This document shows positions 35,549-44,479 of a stretch of 64,000 bases of DNA, piece after piece. The number at the start of each line of letters is the position of its first letter. Position 1 is the stretch's first letter. The notes below the pieces were generated by a model that saw only the letters and a program-made list of their open reading frames with translations, searched no databases and was not told the origin of the DNA. Both the position numbers and the translations under genes were made by a program. Source of the stretch: an uncultured SAR86 cluster bacterium (GTDB lineage Bacteria > Pseudomonadota > Gammaproteobacteria > Magnimaribacterales > Magnimaribacteraceae); the NCBI GenBank assembly GCA_902514295.1, contig CABXQE010000002.1:9938-73937 (forward strand), written 5' to 3'.

Positions 35549-36817
35549 ATGGATAAAGATCAGATCATAATTATTGGCGGTGGTCTTATAGGTTTAGCTA
35601 CCGCTAATGCTCTTCTTGACAGAGGGGAAAATGTCTTAGTGTTAGAAAGAAATGCTGAGACAGCAACGGCTGCTAGTTTTGCTAATGCTGGAATGCTAAC
35701 TCCTTCTCAGTCTACACCATGGAATTCCCCTTCAGATATCGCAAATATTCTTTCAGGGATTGGTAGAAAAGCTTCGCCCATGTCTGCAAGTTTTAGAACA
35801 ATACCTTCTTACTTCTTTTGGGCCCTTAGGTTTATGTTCAACTCAACTCCTACAAGGTTTGAAAGAATTTCAAAAGATATTTTTTCTTTAGCGAAATACA
35901 GTAAAGACTTAACTGAAAAGATCAGAAATTTGGAAGAATTTACTTATGATGAATCTACAGATGGAACTCTAAAACTCTTTAGAGATTCCGAAAGACTTGA
36001 AAAATCTATCGCTTTATCGAATCGTATCTATGGTGAATCCAATGTCATAGAAGTATTAAATCAAAAAGAAGTAATAGAATTAGAGCCTGCCTTAAATAAA
36101 GTTAGAAAAGGACTTATTGGAGGTATCCATTATAAAGATGATGAAATTGGCGATGCTTATAAATTCTGCAAGGCTCTTGAAGGAATTATACGAAATAAAG
36201 GAGGAAGAATACTTGTAAATTCCAACATTAAGAAAATTTTACTTAATAAACGTAAAGTTAATAGTGTTGTAACTGACAGGGCAGTTCTCCAGGCAAAAAG
36301 AGTGGTAATTTGTGCAGGAAGTTGGTCTCCAGTTTTGTTAAAGGAGACGGGTATAAGAATACCTATAATGCCCGTCAAAGGATACTCTTTAACCTATAAC
36401 ACCGCTGGGATAAGAAATACTCCAAAACTATCTGTTATCGATGAGAGCATACATATTGCCATAACCCCTTACATCGATAGAATTAGGGTTGCTGGAACGG
36501 CTGAATTTGTAGGGTTTAATGATGAAGTTCACCCTAAAAGGGTTGATTACTTAAATTTAAAACTGAATGAAGTTTACCCACATATATTTTCAAAAGTTAA
36601 AGATGACGAAGAAGCAGAGATTTGGTTTGGCTTTAGACCCATGAGTGCAGATGGATTACCTTTTATTGGGGAGTCTAAAGTTAAAGGTCTTTATCTTAAT
36701 ACTGGACACGGCCATCTAGGATGGACTCTAGCCATGGGCTCCGCTGATATATTGGCTGATCAAATTGTTGGTATTGAAACGCAAATAGACAGTAAGCCTT
36801 ATCAGGCAAATAGATAA
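35549..36817 (+). CDS. dadA: D-amino-acid dehydrogenase-like FAD oxidoreductase
   Basis: [17 protein letters not shown] motif; [35 protein letters not shown] and [10 protein letters not shown] align well with E. coli DadA from memory. Confidence 0.8.
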   Translation: MDKDQIIIIGGGLIGLATANALLDRGENVLVLERNAETATAASFANAGMLTPSQSTPWNSPSDIANILSGIGRKASPMSASFRTIPSYFFWALRFMFNSTPTRFERISKDIFSLAKYSKDLTEKIRNLEEFTYDESTDGTLKLFRDSERLEKSIALSNRIYGESNVIEVLNQKEVIELEPALNKVRKGLIGGIHYKDDEIGDAYKFCKALEGIIRNKGGRILVNSNIKKILLNKRKVNSVVTDRAVLQAKRVVICAGSWSPVLLKETGIRIPIMPVKGYSLTYNTAGIRNTPKLSVIDESIHIAITPYIDRIRVAGTAEFVGFNDEVHPKRVDYLNLKLNEVYPHIFSKVKDDEEAEIWFGFRPMSADGLPFIGESKVKGLYLNTGHGHLGWTLAMGSADILADQIVGIETQIDSKPYQANR

Positions 36818-36865
36818 AATTTCTTTTACAAGTAAAATAGTCTTAATTAGATAACTAGCTTCATA

Positions 36866-36871
36866 TATAAT
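36866..36871 (+). promoter_or_regulatory. -10 hexamer TATAAT upstream of tRNA-Arg
   Basis: A perfect TATAAT ends 9 nt before the tRNA 5' end. Confidence 0.35.
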
Positions 36872-36880
36872 TCTTTGCTT

Positions 36881-36958
36881 CTCCTCGTAGCTCAGTTGGA
36901 TTAGAGCAACTGCCTTCTAAGCAGTGGGTCGCAGGTTCGAGTCCTGCCGAGGAGGCCA
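36881..36958 (+). tRNA. tRNA-Arg (anticodon TCT)
   Basis: Acceptor CTCCTCG/CGAGGAG, anticodon stem ACTGC/GCAGT with loop CTTCTAA, T-loop TTCGAGT, encoded CCA. Confidence 0.93.
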
Positions 36959-36968
36959 CTTATTTCTT
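36959..36968 (+). repeat. 10-nt direct repeat CTTATTTCTT, left copy (immediately after the tRNA-Arg CCA)
   Basis: Exact copy of 38218-38227. Confidence 0.5.
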
Positions 36969-37024
36969 CAATAAAAATACTTTTTTTTTGATTTATGATA
37001 GTCTTAAATCAAAAGGATTATCAC

Positions 37025-37867
37025 ATGAAAAAAATTTACCAAGCCTCTTTAACAGTTCTTATTCTTGGGTCACTGTTATCTTGTTCAAATGAAAAAGTAG
37101 CTGATGATTTGCAGAAACATGAAGAAGGACCTTTCTATGTTGAATTTGTTTCTTGCACCAAAGGCGATGAATACAGTAACTCCAACCTTTCAAAGATGAT
37201 TGATGGTTGGAGAATGTTGCCTATATCCAGTGAACTAAGAGGTTCTTACTTATACGATCCCATTAAAGAAGAAAATGCCTTTGGCCCCAGTATGTGGTGG
37301 GAGCTTGAATGGGAATCAAAGGATGCAGCTGATTCAGCTTGGAATGCCTGGACTGAAAATGAAGCAGTAATGGCGTGGTCTAATGAATATCAAAATGTAA
37401 TGTCATGTGATGGGGCTGGCAGGAATGCTTGGGACATACTAATTCCAGTTTCAGCCTCCCATTTCGGTGAACTAAATCATTCTGGATATTTCTATAGCCA
37501 GTACTGGACATGCAGTTATAAAAATGGAGCTGGTAGAAATGAACTAGAAAACTTCCTTCCTATACATTCAGCCAAGATTAAATCTTCAAATCTACAAGGA
37601 ACGGGATATCATTATGGCGTATATTTTGATAGAAGATCCGTAGACGCTTCTCATTCGGATGTACAGGCAAATCTTGTATGGGGAGAATGGGCTAACTCAA
37701 AAGATGCGATGGAGTTACAAAATCAAAACTTCGCTGATAATTTTCAGGAAGTATTTGAAGAGTTTGATAAGTTAGGATCTTGTCCTGAAGAACCAGATAC
37801 TTTCAATTCTTGGATGCTATATACAAAAGACAGCCCTGATGACAGTGATTACAGTCCTAAATTTTAG
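37025..37867 (+). CDS. hypothetical Trp-rich lipoprotein with an internal two-fold repeat
   Basis: Lipobox LGSLLSCS after MKKIYQASLTVLI. The two halves share the FY-x5-C, W-x-EW-x-SKDA and SC-x7-W patterns. Start at 37025 rather than the track's 36995. Confidence 0.65.
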   Translation: MKKIYQASLTVLILGSLLSCSNEKVADDLQKHEEGPFYVEFVSCTKGDEYSNSNLSKMIDGWRMLPISSELRGSYLYDPIKEENAFGPSMWWELEWESKDAADSAWNAWTENEAVMAWSNEYQNVMSCDGAGRNAWDILIPVSASHFGELNHSGYFYSQYWTCSYKNGAGRNELENFLPIHSAKIKSSNLQGTGYHYGVYFDRRSVDASHSDVQANLVWGEWANSKDAMELQNQNFADNFQEVFEEFDKLGSCPEEPDTFNSWMLYTKDSPDDSDYSPKF

Positions 37868-37935
37868 TTAATGTCTACGACTTGAAGATCAGATGTTCGG
37901 GAGATAAGATATAACCAGTTTTTTTTATTTTCTAG

Positions 37936-38205
37936 ATGAACGGATCATACATATCAATTTACGGCGAAGTCCAGGGTTCAGGCTACAGGACATGGGCTAA
38001 AGAGCAAACTTCGAAGCTGAACTTAACTGGCTGGGCTCGAAAAGCTTCTGACGGTTCAATTGAAATATTTGTTCAAGGAGAAGAAGACAAGATCAATGAT
38101 TTTGTTTCATTGTGCTGGGATGGACCCAATACGGCATTCATCGACGAAGTCTTAGTTAAAGATACAAATCTAGACGATTCAATTTCTAGCTTTAAAGTTT
38201 TATAA
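37936..38205 (+). CDS. acylphosphatase
   Basis: 89 aa; YGEVQGSGYR and GWARKASDGSIE match the two acylphosphatase signatures. Confidence 0.85.
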   Translation: MNGSYISIYGEVQGSGYRTWAKEQTSKLNLTGWARKASDGSIEIFVQGEEDKINDFVSLCWDGPNTAFIDEVLVKDTNLDDSISSFKVL

Positions 38206-38217
38206 AATAATACGCTC

Positions 38218-38227
38218 CTTATTTCTT
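38218..38227 (+). repeat. 10-nt direct repeat CTTATTTCTT, right copy
   Basis: Exact copy of 36959-36968; lies 23 nt before tRNA-His. Confidence 0.5.
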
Positions 38228-38231
38228 TAAA

Positions 38232-38240
38232 TGCTAAACT
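38232..38240 (+). promoter_or_regulatory. extended -10 element (TGcTAAACT) upstream of tRNA-His
   Basis: TGn plus TAAACT, ending 10 nt before the tRNA 5' end. Confidence 0.3.
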
Positions 38241-38250
38241 ACAAATTTTT

Positions 38251-38327
38251 GGTGGGCGTAGCTCAGTTGGTAGAGCCCTGGATTGTGATTCCAGTGGTCG
38301 TGGGTTCGAGCCCCATCGCCCACCCCA
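38251..38327 (+). tRNA. tRNA-His (anticodon GTG) with encoded G-1
   Basis: GGTGGGCGTAGCTCAGTTGGTAGAGCCCTGGATTGTGATTCCAG... is nearly identical in pattern to E. coli tRNA-His. It has the extra 5' G and an encoded CCA. Confidence 0.95.
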
Positions 38328-38338
38328 GAGGATAAATT

Positions 38339-39649
38339 ATGAAATTTTCATTTAATAGAAAAGCAGAAATTAATCAAAGTATAGATATAGTTGTACCTAA
38401 CAAAGAGGTTGAGAAGCTAGTTGCTGAGAAACTAAAAATTGCTCAAAAAGATTCAAAACTTAAGGGGTTTAGAAAAGGTAAAGCCCCTTTGGATGTGGTT
38501 ACTAATATATATGGCCCAGAAATTAGACAAGAGGTTATATTTGATCTAGCTACTAAATCATTTCATAAGAAAGCTGAAGATCAAGATTTAAGGATAGTTA
38601 GTAGACCAAATCTTATACCTGAAAAAATGGAAGAAGGTAAAGATGTTAAATTTAAAGCTACTTTTGAGATATATCCAGAAATTTCAGTTAGCAGTTTAAG
38701 TCGTTTGTCTTACGCAAAACCTAATTGCTCAATAACTGATGACGATCTAGATAAAACCATTTTAAACCTTCAAAAAAGGCTGAGTAAGTGGGAACCTTCT
38801 GAAGAGCCTTCTAAAGAAGGAGATCAAGTAAAGATAAACTTTATAGGTAAAATTGATGGCGAGGAGTTTGAAGGAGGTTCTGCAAATGATTTCCCCATAG
38901 AGTTAGGATCTAAGTCCATGATAGAAGGTTTTGAAGATGGCCTAGTAGGTTTAAGCAAAGACGAAGAAAAGACTTTAAAGCTTAAGTTTCCTGATGATTA
39001 TGGAAAACCAGAATTGGCTTCGAAACCAGTTAATTTTGAAATAAAGGTTATAGAAATATCAAAAGCGGTCTTGCCTGAATTAGATGAAGAGTTCTTTAAA
39101 GGAACTGGCATAGAAGCAAAAGATACTGAAGATTATAAGAAACAAGTACTTGGTAAACTTGAAGAAGATTTAGATAATATTTTGAAAGGAAAAGTTAGAC
39201 AAAATCTTTATGATTCTTTGGTTGAGGCAAATGAGTTTGAAGTACCTAAGGCCATGATAGATTCAGAGATTTCTAATATGAAATTAGATACAGCTAGAAG
39301 AATGGGCATGGACCCTAAAGACATGAAAGATGATCTTTTTCCCAATGAAACGTTTGAAGAAGAAGCGCTAAAGAGAGTCAAAATCGGTATGCTCTTAAAT
39401 AAGATTATTGAAGACAATGAATTCAAGCCAGATCCAGAAAAGGTAAAAGAAATAATTGAAGAAAGAGCAAAAAATTACAAAGAGCCGCAACAAGTTATTA
39501 ATTATTTTTACTCTGATGAAGAGCAACTTAAAAACATAGAATCTATCTCTTTAGAAGAACAGGCAGTAGACCTACTTACGTCTTCTGCTAAATCTAATGA
39601 AGAAGAATTAACATATGAAGAATGTATATCAGGAAACTACCAGGGTTGA
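38339..39649 (+). CDS. tig: trigger factor
   Basis: GFRKGKAP ribosome-binding signature, central FKBP domain, position upstream of clpP-clpX. Confidence 0.93.
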   Translation: MKFSFNRKAEINQSIDIVVPNKEVEKLVAEKLKIAQKDSKLKGFRKGKAPLDVVTNIYGPEIRQEVIFDLATKSFHKKAEDQDLRIVSRPNLIPEKMEEGKDVKFKATFEIYPEISVSSLSRLSYAKPNCSITDDDLDKTILNLQKRLSKWEPSEEPSKEGDQVKINFIGKIDGEEFEGGSANDFPIELGSKSMIEGFEDGLVGLSKDEEKTLKLKFPDDYGKPELASKPVNFEIKVIEISKAVLPELDEEFFKGTGIEAKDTEDYKKQVLGKLEEDLDNILKGKVRQNLYDSLVEANEFEVPKAMIDSEISNMKLDTARRMGMDPKDMKDDLFPNETFEEEALKRVKIGMLLNKIIEDNEFKPDPEKVKEIIEERAKNYKEPQQVINYFYSDEEQLKNIESISLEEQAVDLLTSSAKSNEEELTYEECISGNYQG

Positions 39650-39697
39650 AATCTGTCTATATAAACCCCATAACTTAATGTAAAGTAGAACAGGAAT

Positions 39698-40318
39698 ATG
39701 TCAGAAAAACAAAACACACAAATTATGAATCAACTAGTTCCGATGGTTGTAGAGCAAACACCTAGAGGTGAGAGAGCTTACGATATCTACTCAAGATTGC
39801 TTAAAGAAAGAGTTATTTTTCTAACGGGACCCATAGAAGATTACGGTGCTAATCTGGTTGTTGCGCAAATGCTTTTCTTGGAAGCAGAAAATCCTGATAA
39901 AGATATACACCTCTATATTAATTCTCCCGGCGGTTCAGTAACTTCAGGCATGTCAATCTACGACACCATGCAATTTATAAAACCTGATGTTAGTACCTTA
40001 TGCATAGGTCAAGCGGCTAGTATGGGGGCAGTATTATTAACAGGCGGGGCAAAGGGTAAAAGGCAAGCTTTACCTAATTCAAGGGTCATGATTCATCAAG
40101 TTCTTGGAGGGTTTCAAGGTCAAGCCAGCGATATAGAAATTCATACGAAAGAAATCCTCTCAATTAAAGCAAAGCTGAATGAAATCTTGGCAAAGCATTC
40201 AGGTCAGAAAGTTGATAAAGTTGCTAAGGATAGTGATAGAGATAACTTTATGTCACCTGATGAAGCTGTTAAATATGGCTTAATCGATAATGTAGTTGAT
40301 AGCAGATTAAAGGAATAA
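39698..40318 (+). CDS. clpP: ATP-dependent Clp protease proteolytic subunit
   Basis: [18 protein letters not shown], catalytic [15 protein letters not shown]. Confidence 0.97.
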   Translation: MSEKQNTQIMNQLVPMVVEQTPRGERAYDIYSRLLKERVIFLTGPIEDYGANLVVAQMLFLEAENPDKDIHLYINSPGGSVTSGMSIYDTMQFIKPDVSTLCIGQAASMGAVLLTGGAKGKRQALPNSRVMIHQVLGGFQGQASDIEIHTKEILSIKAKLNEILAKHSGQKVDKVAKDSDRDNFMSPDEAVKYGLIDNVVDSRLKE

Positions 40319-40330
40319 TTAGGAGCTCTT

Positions 40331-41605
40331 ATGTCTGATAAAGATAATAATAAAGAAGAAGATAAACTGCTTTACTGTTCTTTTTGTGGCAAAAATCAAA
40401 ATGAAGTAAGGAAATTAATTGCTGGTCCTTCGGTATACATATGCAATGAATGCATTGATCTTTGCAATGACATTATTAAAGAAGAAATCAGTGAAGCCAC
40501 TGAATCTGAAGAAGAAGGTTTTCCAGTGCCAATTGAGATCAAAGCTTCTTTAGATGAATACGTTATAGGTCAAGAAGATGCCAAGAAGAATCTATCGGTA
40601 GCTGTATACAATCATTACAAGAGACTTAAGGGGGACAAAAAACTTAATTCTGATGATGAGGTAGAACTTACTAAAAGTAACATTCTCCTTTTGGGCCCAA
40701 CCGGATGTGGTAAGACGCTCTTAGCTCAAACTCTAGCTAGAATTTTAGATGTGCCTTTTACTATTGCAGATGCTACAACGTTAACGGAAGCTGGTTACGT
40801 AGGAGAGGATGTAGAAAATATTATTCAAAAGCTTCTTCAGAACTGCGATTATGATGTAGAAAAAGCTCAACTGGGTATAGTTTACATTGATGAAATAGAC
40901 AAAATAGCAAGGAAGTCAGACAACCCCTCCATAACTAGAGATGTTTCTGGAGAAGGTGTTCAACAAGCTCTGCTGAAGCTTATAGAAGGCACGGTTGCCT
41001 CCGTTCCCCCGCAAGGAGGTAGGAAGCACCCCCAACAAGAATTTTTACAAGTGGATACTTCTAATATCCTCTTTATATGTGGAGGAGCCTTTTCTGGTTT
41101 AGAATCTATAATTCAACATAGGTGTGAAGAAACTGGCATTGGCTTTGGAGCCAACGTTGCCTCAATCAAGTTAGAAAAAAATGCCGATAAGCTAATTAGT
41201 CAAGTAAGACCAGAGGATCTTATAAAATTTGGATTAATACCTGAATTTGTAGGAAGACTTCCAGTTATCACAACTCTTAATGAGCTTGACGAAGATGCTT
41301 TAATTAAAATCTTGACTGAACCAAAAAATGCTTTAACAAAGCAATTCAACAAACTTTTTGAAATGGAAGATGTTGAGTTAGATATTAGAGAAGAAGCTTT
41401 ATTGGAAATAGCCAAAAAAGCCATAGAAAGAAAAACAGGCGCGAGAGGCTTAAGGTCAATTATAGAAAATATCTTGATGGAAACTATGTATAAAGTACCG
41501 TCTGAAGATTCTCTACAAAAAGTTGTAATAGATGATTCAGTGGTGATAGGAGAAACAGAACCTTTACTGGTTTATGAAAAAGCCTCAAAAAGCAAAACAG
41601 GCTAA
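40331..41605 (+). CDS. clpX: ATP-dependent Clp protease ATP-binding subunit ClpX
   Basis: Zinc finger CSFCGK...CNEC, Walker [17 protein letters not shown]. Confidence 0.97.
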   Translation: MSDKDNNKEEDKLLYCSFCGKNQNEVRKLIAGPSVYICNECIDLCNDIIKEEISEATESEEEGFPVPIEIKASLDEYVIGQEDAKKNLSVAVYNHYKRLKGDKKLNSDDEVELTKSNILLLGPTGCGKTLLAQTLARILDVPFTIADATTLTEAGYVGEDVENIIQKLLQNCDYDVEKAQLGIVYIDEIDKIARKSDNPSITRDVSGEGVQQALLKLIEGTVASVPPQGGRKHPQQEFLQVDTSNILFICGGAFSGLESIIQHRCEETGIGFGANVASIKLEKNADKLISQVRPEDLIKFGLIPEFVGRLPVITTLNELDEDALIKILTEPKNALTKQFNKLFEMEDVELDIREEALLEIAKKAIERKTGARGLRSIIENILMETMYKVPSEDSLQKVVIDDSVVIGETEPLLVYEKASKSKTG

Positions 41606-41618
41606 GCCTTGTTTTTTT
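41596..41618 (+). terminator. weak hairpin plus T-run spanning the clpX stop (possible attenuator before lon)
   Basis: AACAGGC-TAA-GCCTTGTT (7 bp with one bulge) followed by TTTTT. Confidence 0.35.
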
Positions 41619-41656
41619 GCTTGATAGCCCCATATTAACCTTATACAAAGTTAATT

Positions 41657-44053
41657 ATGAATGATATTAAAGACAAAGAAATACCCTTACTTCCATTAAG
41701 GGATGTGGTCATTTTCCCCTCAGTAGTTACTCCTTTATTTGTAGGAAGAGATAAATCCATTACTGCTCTTCAGGCCGCAATGGCAGGAGAAAAACAAATA
41801 ATGCTTGTGGCCCAGAAAAGTGCTCAAGAGGATGACCCAAAACTAGAAGACTTATATTCTATAGGCACTCTATCTACAATTCTTCAGCTTATAAAGTTAC
41901 CTGATGGAACCTTGAAAGTTTTAGTGGAAGGGAATAAAAGGGCAGCTATAGAATCTCTAAAATCATCGGAAGGTTTTGACACCGTGAAAGTTAAGAGTTT
42001 TGATGAAGAGCCCGAAAGCGAAGAAATAAAACACTATCTTTTAACCTTAAAGAAACAATTTCAGGAATATGTAAAGTTAACGAAGAAAGCAACACCTGAA
42101 GTCTTGAATACTGTAAATGCCATAGATTCTGTTTCTAGGCTGACGGACACCTTGGTGGGACATTTGTCTATAGATATTGGACAGAAACAAGAAATTCTAG
42201 AGACGCGATCATTATCTGAAAGAGCGAATAAGATACTAGAACACCTGGACTCCCAGTTGGATTTATCCAAAGTAGAAAAGAAAATCCGAGGTAGGGTTAA
42301 GAATCAGATGGAGAAAAGTCAAAAAGAGTATTATTTAAATGAACAGATGAAGGCTTTAAAGAAGGAGCTTGGTGAGATGGATGAAGCTGAAGAAGCTGAC
42401 GCTCTTGAATCTAAAATCATGGAATCTGGCATGACTAAAGAGGCTCAAGCAAAGACTCTTAGTGAATTACAGAAATATAAAATGATGTCACCTATGTCAG
42501 CTGAAGCATCTGTTGTAAGGGGATACATTGATTGGATGCTCAATATACCTTGGAAAAAGAAAAGCAAGATTCGTACAGATTTAACTAAAGCAAGCGATGT
42601 CTTGGAAGAAGATCATTATGGATTAGAAGAAGTTAAAGAAAGAATCTTAGAATATTTAGCCGTCCAAAAAAGGGTTAAAAAATTAAAAGGACCAGTTCTT
42701 TGTCTAGTAGGTCCTCCAGGAGTAGGAAAGACTTCTCTTGGCGAATCAATAGCGAGAGCAACAAATAGAAAATTCGTAAGAATGTCTTTAGGCGGTGTAA
42801 GGGATGAAGCAGAGATAAGAGGACACAGAAGAACTTACATAGGTTCAATGCCTGGAAGAATAATTCAAAAATTATCAAAATCAGAAGTAAAAAATCCTCT
42901 ATTTCTATTGGATGAAATTGACAAGATGGGCATGGATTTCAGAGGAGATCCAGCTTCAGCTTTATTAGAAGTGCTAGATCCGGAACAAAATCATACTTTC
43001 AACGACCATTACTTAGAAGTTGATTACGATTTATCAGATATCATGTTTGTCTGTACTGCGAATAGTATGAACATACCACTAGCATTATTGGATAGGATGG
43101 AAATAATTAGGCTTCCTGGTTACACAGAAGATGAAAAGGTAAATATCGCAAGCAAGTATCTAATTGAAAAGCAGAAGAAAAATAATGGATTACAAGAAAA
43201 AGAATTAAATATTACTCAGAACTCTATAAAAGACTTGATTAGATATTTCACGAGAGAAGCTGGGGTTAGATCTCTAGAAAGAGAGATAGCAAAAATTTGC
43301 AGAAAAGTAGTTAAAAAGAATGCCGATTCAAAGAAGCCCAAGAATATCTCAATTAAGCCGAATAACCTTGAAGATTATTGTGGAGTAAGGAAATATGAGT
43401 ATGGAGAAGCTGAAGAAAAAGACAGAATTGGCCAGGTGACTGGTTTAGCATGGACACAAGTGGGAGGAGAGCTTTTAACGATTGAAGCTTCCACTTTTGC
43501 TGGAAAAGGAAAAATTATAAAAACAGGTTCCTTAGGTGACGTCATGCAAGAATCTATTCAGGCAGCCTTATCGGTTGTGAGGTCTAGATCAGAATCCCTA
43601 GGTATAGATCCTAAATTTTATGAAGAACAAGATATACATATTCATGTTCCGGAAGGAGCAACTCCTAAAGATGGGCCTAGTGCAGGTGCTGCAATGTGCA
43701 CCGCTGTTACTTCAGTCTTGGCCAAAATTCCAGTTAGATCTGACGTTGCCATGACAGGAGAAATAACTCTTAGAGGTGAAGTTCTTAAGATAGGCGGGTT
43801 AAAAGAAAAACTATTAGCTGCCAGAAGAGGGGGCATAAAAGTAGTCCTTATTCCTGAAGGCAACGTTAGGGACTTGAAAGAAATTCCAGATAACATTAAA
43901 TCTGAATTAGAAATCAAATCTGTTAGGTGGATTGACGAAGTTCTTGATATAGTTTTGACCAGACAACCTATCCCATGGGAAAAGGATGAAGAGACTCAAA
44001 AATTGCCAACAAAAAAATCCAAGACAAAAAAAGGTCAAATAAAGGCTCATTAA
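41657..44053 (+). CDS. lon: Lon protease
   Basis: N-terminal LPLRDVVIFP, Walker A GPPGVGKTS, protease site KDGPSAG; 798 aa. Confidence 0.97.
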   Translation: MNDIKDKEIPLLPLRDVVIFPSVVTPLFVGRDKSITALQAAMAGEKQIMLVAQKSAQEDDPKLEDLYSIGTLSTILQLIKLPDGTLKVLVEGNKRAAIESLKSSEGFDTVKVKSFDEEPESEEIKHYLLTLKKQFQEYVKLTKKATPEVLNTVNAIDSVSRLTDTLVGHLSIDIGQKQEILETRSLSERANKILEHLDSQLDLSKVEKKIRGRVKNQMEKSQKEYYLNEQMKALKKELGEMDEAEEADALESKIMESGMTKEAQAKTLSELQKYKMMSPMSAEASVVRGYIDWMLNIPWKKKSKIRTDLTKASDVLEEDHYGLEEVKERILEYLAVQKRVKKLKGPVLCLVGPPGVGKTSLGESIARATNRKFVRMSLGGVRDEAEIRGHRRTYIGSMPGRIIQKLSKSEVKNPLFLLDEIDKMGMDFRGDPASALLEVLDPEQNHTFNDHYLEVDYDLSDIMFVCTANSMNIPLALLDRMEIIRLPGYTEDEKVNIASKYLIEKQKKNNGLQEKELNITQNSIKDLIRYFTREAGVRSLEREIAKICRKVVKKNADSKKPKNISIKPNNLEDYCGVRKYEYGEAEEKDRIGQVTGLAWTQVGGELLTIEASTFAGKGKIIKTGSLGDVMQESIQAALSVVRSRSESLGIDPKFYEEQDIHIHVPEGATPKDGPSAGAAMCTAVTSVLAKIPVRSDVAMTGEITLRGEVLKIGGLKEKLLAARRGGIKVVLIPEGNVRDLKEIPDNIKSELEIKSVRWIDEVLDIVLTRQPIPWEKDEETQKLPTKKSKTKKGQIKAH

Positions 44054-44069
44054 ATTGTTTTAAATTCTC

Positions 44070-44098
44070 TTGACAACCCCTATACATAGGGTTTAAAT
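44070..44098 (+). promoter_or_regulatory. sigma70-type promoter of hupB (TTGACA-17 nt-TTAAAT)
   Basis: A consensus -35 and a near-consensus -10 with a 17-nt spacer, about 55 nt upstream of the hupB GTG. Confidence 0.55.
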
Positions 44099-44154
44099 CG
44101 TTATGACCAACCTGTAAAAGATAGGTTGGCGTAACAAGACTCTAGGAGATTAAT

Positions 44155-44424
44155 GTGAATAAAGCCCAATTAACTGACGCTGTAGCAGCAGCAACCGATT
44201 CATCAAAAGCAGAAGCAGGAAGAGCAGTAGAAGCTACTCTAAGTGCGATAGGAGGTGCCTTAGCAGGAGGAGATAGTGTTTCTCTTGTAGGCTTCGGAAC
44301 TTTCAACGTAAGACATCGTGCTGCAAGAATGGGAAGAAACCCCCAAACGGGAGCTTCTATCCATATAAATGCTTCTAAATCAGTAGGATTTAAAGCGGGT
44401 AAAGCTCTTAAAGAGAGTTTATAA
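44155..44424 (+). CDS. hupB: DNA-binding protein HU
   Basis: MNKAQLTDAVA..., GFGTFNVRHRAARMGRNPQTG arm motif. The GTG start is preceded by AGGAGA. Located between lon and ppiD. Confidence 0.95.
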   Translation: MNKAQLTDAVAAATDSSKAEAGRAVEATLSAIGGALAGGDSVSLVGFGTFNVRHRAARMGRNPQTGASIHINASKSVGFKAGKALKESL

Positions 44425-44442
44425 GCTTTATATATAATTATA

Positions 44443-44469
44443 AGCGCGCCTATAGGCGCGCTTTTTTTT
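44443..44469 (+). terminator. rho-independent terminator after hupB
   Basis: AGCGCGCC-TATA-GGCGCGCT followed by TTTTTTT. Confidence 0.85.
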
Positions 44470-44479
44470 AGGTTTAATT

